60,787 nucleotides of DNA from Bdellovibrionota bacterium (GTDB lineage: Bacteria; Bdellovibrionota_C; UBA2361; OMII01): assembly GCA_044351795.1 (NCBI GenBank), contig JBILFA010000006.1, forward strand, positions 1-60,787. Reading direction: 5' to 3'. Under the pieces are notes generated by a model. The model ran no database searches, was not told the origin of the DNA, and worked only from the letters and a program-made list of their open reading frames with translations. Below, piece after piece: positions 1 through 7,601 of this stretch; positions within the stretch are counted from its first letter, which is position 1, and each line of letters starts with the position of its first letter. Made by a program: the position numbers and the translations under genes.

Positions 1-3
1 GGC

Positions 4-1563
4 GTGAATATTCGGATAGCCAACAACTCCTGGGGAGGCTCAGGATACGCGGCCGCGCTTGGAGAGGTTCTTGAGCGAGCTGAGGACGCCGGGATACTTT
101 TCGTCGCCGCTGCAGGCAATGAAGGTGCCGACAACGATGTAGAGCCGTCTTATCCAGCAAACTTTGAGTTCGAGAACGTCGTGTCTGTCGCTGCTGTCGA
201 TGAAGCGGGAAACCTGGCGTCGTTTTCCAATTACGGATCCACCACGGTCGATATCGCCGCTCCAGGGGTGGGTATTTACAGCACGTATCCGGGTAATCGA
301 TACGCGCGATTGTCAGGTACCTCCATGGCAGCACCGCACGTCGTTGGAGCGCTTGCGCTGCTCTTTGCAGCCGAGCCGCAGTTGACCCCGGCAGAGGCCC
401 TGACACGTCTCTACGATAGCGGACGTGAACGGGGCTCTCTCTATGACGGTGGGCGTCGAGAAGCGCTGGTGCGCACTCAGCGTAGTGTGGATGTGGGACG
501 TATGCTGTTCAAAGAGATCAGTCCGCTGGCGGAAGAAGGCGTGACAGGGCCCGCATGTGTCTATGACCTTCATGCCTCTAACCTTGCGTTTGGGGGGAGG
601 GTCGATACCGCCGCAGATCGTGCCCCGATAGTGCAGCAGTCCGACGAGGGTGATTTCTATCGTTTGGACTTGCCCTTCGCTTTCCCATTCTATTCGACGA
701 CTGTATCGACCTTGTATGTATCACCGAATGGCGTAGTCTACCTGAATCCTCCTACCGAAATCGACTTTGAGGCAGGTCGTCAGGCCCCGATGCAGTCAAT
801 CGCCGCGTTGCATATTGACATGGTTCCGCTTTCCTCGAGACACGGAGTCCGAGTGTTCAAAGGTAGCGATAAGGTGACTATCTCATGGGAAGAAGGTTTG
901 TTCGCTACCCAAAAGATAGACGGTGTGGTGAAGGTGCGTTTGACCCTGCATGAGTCGGGCGAGGTGGAGAACTCAGTCTCCTTTGAGGGTGGAGAGGAGG
1001 CGGGGGTTTTGCGACGCCTCGCTTTGGGAGATCCGTTTCAGCTGCCAGCTTCCCGCGCAGCCGCACTGATCGGTATCTCGGGGGCCTCGACCATGTTCGC
1101 GAGCACTCTCGACATCTCCGAGTCGCTGCGCGGATTGGTCTCGTCGTTGGACCAAAGGCTCGTGCTCGGTGTTTCTATGAAACCGAGGTGTAAGGATGTT
1201 GGAGTGAGGACAAGAGTGACATCAGTGTCACTCAAGAAAATGCCGTCTAGACGATCTTCCAACGCTACCGAGGTTCGAGGTACGCTCGCCGGAGAAGGTA
1301 GCGGTAACGTGCCTGTTTCGATCGCGGTGGACTCCTTTCAATGCCTAGATACGAAACAGATACGACTAGAAGATGGGCAAGTGACGTTCCGTGCCAAGAT
1401 CCCGCGAGGTCCGGTGCGCCTCGAGGCCTCATCAGGATCAGCGCGAGGTAGGGTGAGACTTGCTTCCTATCAGAGCAGTCGCGGGTCCCCCAAGGATCGG
1501 CGAGTGAGAGCGAGGGTATGCAAAGCGATTGTGCGATCCATCCGGCCCGTGTCTCAAGGGTGA
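4..1563 (+). CDS. S8 subtilisin-family serine protease with C-terminal NIDO-like beta domain (5'-truncated by the window edge)
   Basis: NNSWGG, oxyanion AAGN, ASFSNYG, DIAAPG and catalytic GTSMAAPHV motifs. The 'LPFAFPFY...LYVSPNGVV' segment is NIDO-like. The catalytic Asp/His would lie upstream of the window. Confidence 0.9.
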   Translation: MNIRIANNSWGGSGYAAALGEVLERAEDAGILFVAAAGNEGADNDVEPSYPANFEFENVVSVAAVDEAGNLASFSNYGSTTVDIAAPGVGIYSTYPGNRYARLSGTSMAAPHVVGALALLFAAEPQLTPAEALTRLYDSGRERGSLYDGGRREALVRTQRSVDVGRMLFKEISPLAEEGVTGPACVYDLHASNLAFGGRVDTAADRAPIVQQSDEGDFYRLDLPFAFPFYSTTVSTLYVSPNGVVYLNPPTEIDFEAGRQAPMQSIAALHIDMVPLSSRHGVRVFKGSDKVTISWEEGLFATQKIDGVVKVRLTLHESGEVENSVSFEGGEEAGVLRRLALGDPFQLPASRAAALIGISGASTMFASTLDISESLRGLVSSLDQRLVLGVSMKPRCKDVGVRTRVTSVSLKKMPSRRSSNATEVRGTLAGEGSGNVPVSIAVDSFQCLDTKQIRLEDGQVTFRAKIPRGPVRLEASSGSARGRVRLASYQSSRGSPKDRRVRARVCKAIVRSIRPVSQG

Positions 1564-1687
1564 CGTGCCTTATGAAGTAATCGTACGGACCCTTATACCT
1601 GTTAGGAATACAAGAATACCCTAGCTTGGGAGGAAACTCTTGGAGCCTTTACTCTGAGCTGCCAGGGGTACTAATGCCGGAGCAGCG

Positions 1688-2671
1688 CTACATCGTCTCG
1701 AATTCGTCGGTCGTCTCTGACGAGCCCGCGAGCGGGTTGCCTTGCTCAAGTTGATATGGGGGTAGGTCCGCCCGCCCTTTTTGAATCCAAAGCGCCTGAG
1801 ACCGATCTCGTTGAAGTGTGGCGAGTGTGCTCAGCGCATTTTGTAGCGCCGCGTGGGTCGGATAATACTTCGCTGGCAGCGCCACTTCGGGTGCTTGTCC
1901 GGTAGTGCGAATAGATTCGCACCACCGAGCAGCCATCTGCACGTCCCGTGCGATCTCCATTTCCTCGCTCGAGCCTGTTTCCATCAGTCCGCTGAGAGCG
2001 CTCGCTATAGCGGTCGATCTCATGATTCCGAAGCCCAAGCTTTGTACAAGCACTGAGCCGATCTGGATGCGCGTGCACCCCCACTGCTGTATCTCCAGCT
2101 CACAGTTCCAGCTGAGCCGCTGTTTCTTGAGAAGTCTCCTATAATCCTGAAATCCTTTTGAATCGTGACGGAGAAAGGCTGTCACTCCAAGGATCGGAGT
2201 TACAGCTTGAAGAAGACTCAGCCCTCCACCGATGGCCGGAATCGCTCGCCCGAGCAGGAGGCCCATATTGATGCTCTCCGCCAAGGAGTCTTCTATGAAC
2301 TTGATCTCCTCTGCATCGCAGAACGATTGGGCTCGTCGCCACAGGTAAGTAACCGCCAAGATCGACGCTACCTCGTGAGGCGAGAATACTTTCAGGACAC
2401 TCAATTCGGGGGTTCGTGATGTGCTTGATATGACAGAAGGTTCGAACGCATAGGCAGCGAAGTAGAAGGGGGCGAAGAGCGAGGGGCTCCTCAAGAGACG
2501 CGCCATTTGGTGACGCGTCGAGCCTGATATCTGAGACTCTCCCTTTGCGTGCGCACTCAATAGAGCTCTAACGGCTGTTACGAAGGGTGCCGGGGGTTGG
2601 CCGAATACTCCCGCGTACTGCCGCGTGTATTCCCAACTTTGGGCGCTCATGCTCTCGTTTGTGTCCGACAT
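1688..2671 (-). CDS. Hypothetical protein, degenerate HDOD-like helical domain
   Basis: 327-aa ORF. 'ELEIQQWGCTRIQIGSVLVQSLGF' resembles the HDOD C-terminal E...G.H.EIG..L...W.F motif. Confidence 0.5.
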   Translation of the reverse strand: MSDTNESMSAQSWEYTRQYAGVFGQPPAPFVTAVRALLSAHAKGESQISGSTRHQMARLLRSPSLFAPFYFAAYAFEPSVISSTSRTPELSVLKVFSPHEVASILAVTYLWRRAQSFCDAEEIKFIEDSLAESINMGLLLGRAIPAIGGGLSLLQAVTPILGVTAFLRHDSKGFQDYRRLLKKQRLSWNCELEIQQWGCTRIQIGSVLVQSLGFGIMRSTAIASALSGLMETGSSEEMEIARDVQMAARWCESIRTTGQAPEVALPAKYYPTHAALQNALSTLATLQRDRSQALWIQKGRADLPPYQLEQGNPLAGSSETTDEFETM

Positions 2672-2682
2672 CTTGCTAGGAA

Positions 2683-2710
2683 CTATCGGCTAACCAATCG
2701 ACTAGGTTTA
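2683..2710 (-). promoter_or_regulatory. Sigma28 (FliA)-like promoter of the HDOD-like gene
   Basis: Minus strand reads TAAA-N16-GCCGATAG (consensus TAAA-N15-GCCGATAA), 11 nt upstream of the ATG at 2671. Confidence 0.55.
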
Positions 2711-2819
2711 CAGTGCGTTTGGTCGAAAAGAGGAATTTCTTGCAGGCTATACCGGTGAAGTCTTGTGGACGACGCCCTATGATACACACGATGGACATAT
2801 GTGCTCTTTGACGAAATGT

Positions 2820-3356
2820 CACTTTACTAGAGCTGTGCTAGAGAGGAGACAAGAACGGTTTCTGTAGTGTTTTCGCCGTCATAGCCCGCGAAATCGAACA
2901 GCACCTAGCGCAGAGCTTGCTATTTTTGAGTGAAACAAATCATCGATTTCGCGTTAAAGGGGCTTTCTTGATCAGAGCAGTGCGGAGATGGCCGAGGACG
3001 GTTAATCGGCGTGTGCTGATGATGTGTCACCCGCTCTGAGTGCCTTCCGGACCGAGAGGATCAAGATGACTCACCTTACAGTGAGTGATGATGCGGTCGG
3101 CTGATGCCGATCAGATTCGGCACGGATGCGCTCGTGTGTGGAAAAGGTGAAGGCGACCAAAGTGTTGCTTTTTTCGTGAATGCAGCATGTCACATCACCT
3201 ACAAAGTGTTTCTACCGGGTGAGCAAAGCTCCTTGAAGAAGAGCATTATGCACTCGGATGTAACAGTAGTTCGATTCAAGGTGACATAATGATCTTGTCG
3301 GTCGAGTCCAACGAGTGAACTCCATCGTTACGTAGAGCGGCGCTTCTTTTGATCAA
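2820..3356 (+). ncRNA. Candidate structured RNA, module A
   Basis: Pairings: CGCGAAATCGA 2887-2897/TCGATTTCGCG 2943-2953 (11 bp perfect); 2968-2977/3347-3356; CCGCTCT 3031-3037/AGAGCGG 3334-3340; 3050-3063/3290-3303 (13 of 14 bp); ACTCAC/GTGAGT; TGCCGA/TCGGCA; ATGTCAC 3187-3193/GTGACAT 3281-3287; CCGGGTG/CACTCGG. No credible CDS. Confidence 0.4.
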
Positions 3357-3514
3357 CCGAAAAAACCGGAACAGCGATTTTCACGCGCAAAAACTACGAT
3401 TTTCAATTTGAGTGCGCGATGTGAACAAAAATTTCGGCGAACGAAAAAACACATGTGGAAAAATAAGTGCGCCCCTTTCATTTGAATCGTCATCACACAA
3501 GTTGAAATAAGTAC

Positions 3515-3543
3515 TTGCCAATCTCAAAAAGCGGTGCCAACCT
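3515..3543 (+). promoter_or_regulatory. Possible sigma70 promoter for RNA module B
   Basis: TTGCCA-17 nt-CAACCT with TG at the extended -10 position, preceded by an A-tract-rich stretch (about 3357-3510). The -10 is a weak match. Confidence 0.3.
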
Positions 3544-3553
3544 GCACCAAGAG

Positions 3554-4060
3554 TTGCGCTGAGCACCGTCAAGTACTCGCAGAGTAGTTTGCGAGGAGGA
3601 GGTGCTCGACAGGAGGAGTCGTTACTGAATTCTTCTCGTCACGAGGCGTAACGACGTGACTCACGAGTAGTAGAAGAGTGAGAAGCGGAGTTCGATAAAG
3701 GTTTGTTGAGAGCGCCTGATTTCTATCGAGACGTCGTGTAAAGGTGTTCCTCAAAGCTGCAAGTAAAATTCTTTCTTGCGAAGTTTTCAAAACTGAGCGC
3801 AAGATAGAGGTAGGCAGCTAGTAAAGTGCAGTAAATGTTAAGCTCTGTTTCTTATCATCCGATAGGAAGGAGCAGACAGACTCACGAGTGATAATGCGAA
3901 GCATCGTTCACTACTGAAGAGCTTTAGCCGCACGTGAGAAAACAAGTTTCGGTCAAGCGATGCTTGCGGGTTTGGGGAGAACTTCTCGCTGAAATCCGAT
4001 TAGTAAAGTGAGATCGGTAAACAAAGGTAGATGAGAGACTGGGGACGCTCGGCCCTCATC
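3554..4060 (+). ncRNA. Candidate large structured RNA or very long 5' leader, module B
   Basis: TTGCGCT 3554-3560/AGCGCAA 3796-3802 closes a multiloop containing GAGCACC/GGTGCTC, CTCGCAGA/TTTGCGAG, GTCGTTAC/GTAACGAC, CTCAC/GTGAG, TCGATA/TATCGA and GCAAG/CTTGC. Downstream are TTCTTATC/GATAGGAA, AAGCATCGTT 3899-3908/AGCGATGCTT 3956-3965, CCGAT/ATCGG and GATGAG 4030-4035/CTCATC 4055-4060. Loops are purine-rich. Confidence 0.55.
3839..3865 (+). promoter_or_regulatory. Sigma28-like promoter inside module B, oriented toward the Lys-rich micro-ORF
   Basis: TAAG-N15-TCCGATAG. It overlaps a hairpin, so the match may be incidental. Confidence 0.3.
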
Positions 4061-4079
4061 AACATTGGAGAAAAAGAAA

Positions 4080-4166
4080 ATGGCAGCTAAGAAACCAGCA
4101 AAGAAAGCTACGAAGAAGACCGCTCCTAAGAAGAAGACCACTAAGAAGGCTTCTAAGAAGAAGTAG
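4080..4166 (+). CDS. 28-aa Lys-rich histone-H1-like micro-protein (MAAKKPAKKATKKTAPKKKTTKKASKKK)
   Basis: Translated by hand; it is below the ORF-track cutoff. GGAG SD followed by an A-rich spacer, 14 of 28 residues Lys, strongly biased AAG/GCT codons, and a terminator directly after. Confidence 0.8.
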   Translation: MAAKKPAKKATKKTAPKKKTTKKASKKK

Positions 4167-4187
4167 TCAGACGTTTGTAGCGTCTAC

Positions 4188-4228
4188 AAGGGCGTCTTCA
4201 GTCTTCGTAGGCTGGAGGCGCTTTTTTT
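4188..4228 (+). terminator. Intrinsic terminator after the micro-ORF
   Basis: AAGGGCGTCTTCAGTCT-loop-AGGCTGGAGGCGCTTTT stem (G-U pairs on the + strand) running into a T7 tract. Confidence 0.8.
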
Positions 4229-5414
4229 ATTTATATTTCAGGTAATTAAGGGTACTGCAGGCGGGCGAGGGCATCACTGGGGAAAGGCACAGCTCAGCGC
4301 GCATGTTCCGCTCAGGCTCTAAGCACCCTCCTGCAGTCTCAAGGTATGATTGAATGTCCTCGCGGGCTGCCTGAGTGAATGAGACGGTTACTCCCCGCGG
4401 TGCCGGATTCATCACAGAGCGCTTACCTGTGTCGTGAACGGCGCTTAGATTGTGGCCTATCTCGTGCGCTACCAGCACCGGTTGGAGAGCTCTGCTGACC
4501 GCTTGCGAGATCCCGACATTGAACCGACCCTGCTCCATACATGCTGTCCCGACATACGCGAGTCCGATCGTATTTCCATCCAAGTGTTTACCGGTGAAGA
4601 GGTGGTGTACGTCCGCAGCCAAACGTCCCCGTCGTGGTTGGCGACGGAAGCTCTCGAGGACGTTTTCTGCGGTTGCTATGGAAACTTGTGCGGAGCCTTG
4701 ATTGGTGACCCGCAAAGATATCGGCTTGATTCGGATACCGAGATCGGCTGTATACAAAGTGTCGGCAGCACGGAGAGCAGAGCGAATATAGTTGCGAGTC
4801 TGAGGGCCGAATCTTCGAAAAAATTCATAATCAGCTTCTACATCGACCTCGAGGACTCTTAATGGACGAACGGGCTGCATACGACCCCACTCCCTCGTCG
4901 AAGTGTGTGATACGTGCGGGGATGTGCTTACTGCGCTCTGTGCTCCTACTGCACAATTGATTGATACTAGGGGAGCCGAAGCCAGGATTGCAGGGCCAAG
5001 CTCGAGCCCTTCGGCGTTTTTGCTGAAAGAGAACTGCATCGAGTGGGGGCGACCCCGACGGCGGGAGGAAAAATAGAGGAACCCCATATCGCCGAAGATC
5101 GAGAGTGAAGCTTTTGCGCTCGTTGCGCCCAACGAGCGGCGCATTGATGCCCCGATGTAATGTCTCTCAGATTCGGTGTCGCTTTGGCTGGGGTCCGGTC
5201 TGAAGCTGAACGTGTGCACGCCTTCCTTCGTTTCAATGCTCAGGAAGAGTGACTGCTTGGAGTTGGTGTCGGCGAGTCTTTCCAGTGTACCCCGGAGAGG
5301 GGCGGCAGTGGCAGGGAGTGAGCTCGCGAGAGGCACAACACAGAACAGTGCCAGAAGCTTGGACAAGGAACGCAGCACCTGTGATTTCGATAGGTTGAAA
5401 CGGAATTTACGCAT
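4227..5414 (-). CDS. Secreted M12B/reprolysin-like zinc metalloprotease
   Basis: Signal-like N-terminus, 'LEVDVEADYEF', 'TIGLAYVGTAC', HEIGHNLSAVHD zinc motif, Met-turn 'SVM'. Confidence 0.85.
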   Translation of the reverse strand: MRKFRFNLSKSQVLRSLSKLLALFCVVPLASSLPATAAPLRGTLERLADTNSKQSLFLSIETKEGVHTFSFRPDPSQSDTESERHYIGASMRRSLGATSAKASLSIFGDMGFLYFSSRRRGRPHSMQFSFSKNAEGLELGPAILASAPLVSINCAVGAQSAVSTSPHVSHTSTREWGRMQPVRPLRVLEVDVEADYEFFRRFGPQTRNYIRSALRAADTLYTADLGIRIKPISLRVTNQGSAQVSIATAENVLESFRRQPRRGRLAADVHHLFTGKHLDGNTIGLAYVGTACMEQGRFNVGISQAVSRALQPVLVAHEIGHNLSAVHDTGKRSVMNPAPRGVTVSFTQAAREDIQSYLETAGGCLEPERNMRAELCLSPVMPSPACSTLNYLKYK

Positions 5415-5587
5415 ACGATTGCCAGCACTGCCAAAGGTAGTATCGCCTTCCTTCTAGCAAAGTCGGGGTTGCTAAGGTAGCTCGGAGCTCTGGAGCAGAC
5501 GTAAGTATTTCAGAGGGGGGAGCTGTGCTCTTTGTTCCGCTTGTTTTTTCAATAAGTTAACCTCTTAGATAAAGAGGACTCGGTTGC

Positions 5588-7375
5588 CTATCGGTCGAAT
5601 CCCACACCGACTGACGCTGCCTGTCCTCCCACTTGCTCGCTGCGTAGTCGAGCACCGAAGAGTTGACCGGCAGCGAGAACCACGCGGGGCTCGAAAGCTC
5701 CGCTACCATCGGGACCGTCGCGAAACGGAAACGCCACATCGATGCGTACGACACCGCCTCCGGAGGCTCGCGGAAAGCATAATCGAAGTCCGAAGCCGAA
5801 GTCGCCATAGAGTTCGTCAGTGACCATTGTTCCGAGAGCGTCACGTGAGGCAGCGCCGACATCCACGAACAGAGCTGTTCCCAGGCTCACGAGTTGAAAG
5901 GCGTCGTCGACTAAGTGCCCCCGTTCTTCAAAGTTGAGCACGACCCGTTTGTCTCCTTCGAAGGCGAACGCTTCGTATCCACGAAGCCCTGTGTCGGCAC
6001 CCAGTGGGAGCTGACGATCTCGGTCGAGATTTTCTCCAAAGTCGATGAAGAAATTGGTGGCCCAGGTGTGCTTGCCCATGTACTGCTCTCCCCAGAACCA
6101 ATCGCCCAGGATGGAGTAATACTTAGCTTCGGTACGGAGGAGGGTGTTGGCCAAGCGATCGTCTTCCCAGCGCCCCGACCCACCTATCTCGCCACGTAGC
6201 ATAGAGCTCTCCGAGAGCCGCCAGCCACGGCTGCGGTTGAAGGACGGTATCAGGGCGTTCTGTACAGAGCCGAGAGAGCGGGGAGCGATCTGCGCGTTGA
6301 ACAGCGACTCGTCTCCGAGGTTGTAATCCTCCGGACGATCGAACCGATCTATGTATGCCAGGGTCATGAAGTTGGGTTGAATGTTCTGATATTGGAATAC
6401 CGGGCCGCTAAAGCGCCTAAGGCTCGGTAGACGGGATGGATCGTTGCTTACCTCGGTTGGGTCGAGGTTGAGATCTTTGTAATCTTCGGCGTCTGCTTGA
6501 TAGAAGGAGGCTGCTTCGTAACGATAGCCGACTGAAAAACGTTGCGAGAGGATCTTTTGATCGCGGTATATCCCGGTGTAGCTCCGGCTCTCCCCGGCCA
6601 ATGCCTTGGTCGGGCCGGCAAAGGTGTAGAGAGCTGAGAAATCGTCAAGATGTTGCCGGAAGATGTAGTCCTCAGTGCCATCCTTGAACAGGCGCCCGAT
6701 CGTATTGGCTCCCGCGGTATCCATTCTCCAGGCATCTTGCTGCATCAAGCTTCGGAAAGGGAGCCCCCCACCGAGCAGGTAGGTTTTTCCATCTGAGCGA
6801 TCGGAGGCACCAACCAGAAAATTCTTGCGGGTGCCCAGGAACTGAGGATCCGTGTACACAACGCCATAGCTTTGTCGGGTGTACTCCTCCTCGTAACGGG
6901 TGTCGATGCGAGCCGCAGTTCCGGCGAGGTTAGAGTCGGTCAGTCCTATACCGCGGTTGCGTCCCCCGGTACCCGAGGAGTAGCTCAGGAAAGGAATGAG
7001 AGTCCAACTGTCTCGAACCTCAACCAGTACGTCAACCGCATCACCATAGAAGGCAGGGGTGACTTTTACCCCGCGCAGGTACCGCAGTAAGCGCAGATTA
7101 CGCGCCGTCTCTTGCAGCTTGAAAGGGATGTAAGGGTCCCCTTCCTTGAATAGTAGTTCGCGCCGAACGACCTCCTGACGGGTCTGAATCTTTATGTTGT
7201 TGGCAGTTCGATAAAGGATCGATGAATCGTCTTCGAAGACCTCTCCTACCTTAATCTTGATGGATCGAATGTACTGCCCCTTGCGTGCCGGGATGATCTG
7301 ATTCTGTTTTTCATCCGCGTGTCCCGCGCTGGACGCTATAAAAAGCGCTAAGCAGAGTAATAAGAAGCGAATCAT
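5588..7375 (-). CDS. Omp85/BamA-TamA-family outer membrane protein with a single POTRA-like domain
   Basis: Start moved to MIRFLLLCLAL (signal peptide). 'TRQEVVRRELLFKEGD' POTRA, 'GLRGY' lid motif, 'FGFGLR...VRIDVAFP' barrel end. Confidence 0.8.
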   Translation of the reverse strand: MIRFLLLCLALFIASSAGHADEKQNQIIPARKGQYIRSIKIKVGEVFEDDSSILYRTANNIKIQTRQEVVRRELLFKEGDPYIPFKLQETARNLRLLRYLRGVKVTPAFYGDAVDVLVEVRDSWTLIPFLSYSSGTGGRNRGIGLTDSNLAGTAARIDTRYEEEYTRQSYGVVYTDPQFLGTRKNFLVGASDRSDGKTYLLGGGLPFRSLMQQDAWRMDTAGANTIGRLFKDGTEDYIFRQHLDDFSALYTFAGPTKALAGESRSYTGIYRDQKILSQRFSVGYRYEAASFYQADAEDYKDLNLDPTEVSNDPSRLPSLRRFSGPVFQYQNIQPNFMTLAYIDRFDRPEDYNLGDESLFNAQIAPRSLGSVQNALIPSFNRSRGWRLSESSMLRGEIGGSGRWEDDRLANTLLRTEAKYYSILGDWFWGEQYMGKHTWATNFFIDFGENLDRDRQLPLGADTGLRGYEAFAFEGDKRVVLNFEERGHLVDDAFQLVSLGTALFVDVGAASRDALGTMVTDELYGDFGFGLRLCFPRASGGGVVRIDVAFPFRDGPDGSGAFEPRVVLAAGQLFGARLRSEQVGGQAASVGVGFDR

Positions 7376-7565
7376 AACCTTGAAACTGCTAATCAAAGCG
7401 GAACGTTTGTCTATAGGATGCGGGTCGGGGTCTGATTTGTTTGACAGTTTTGCCCCCACAATCATCCTCTGAGAGACCTTCGCAAGAAAACACAGCTTGA
7501 GCGTTCGTGCTAGCCCGCTTTTGTGTCCAAGGACACAGCAGAGCACCTCTATTCTGCTGAATTCA

Positions 7566-7594
7566 TTGACGGCCATCGCGCCGCTGGCTATGGT
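7566..7594 (+). promoter_or_regulatory. Sigma70 promoter of the lolE-lolD-bamA operon
   Basis: TTGACG-17 nt-TATGGT, 7 nt before the ATG at 7602. Confidence 0.6.
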
Positions 7595-7601
7595 TCCCAG
7601 G

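Noticed and set aside
3522-3540. Sigma54-like TGGCAC on the minus strand
   Set aside because: The -12 element reads TTTG, not TTGC, at the required spacing.
3104-4141. ORF-track calls of 61-77 aa in the large intergenic region (3104-3289, 3381-3572, 3569-3802, 3953-4141)
   Set aside because: No convincing SD or protein-like features. 3953-4141 is the antisense shadow of the Lys-rich ORF.
3554-4166. tmRNA, RNase P or c-di-GMP-I riboswitch identity for module B
   Set aside because: No tRNA-like ends or Ala-Ala tag (the ORF has its own SD and ATG), no GAGGAAAGUCC core, and no GGCAAAC/GGACGCAAAG pair.
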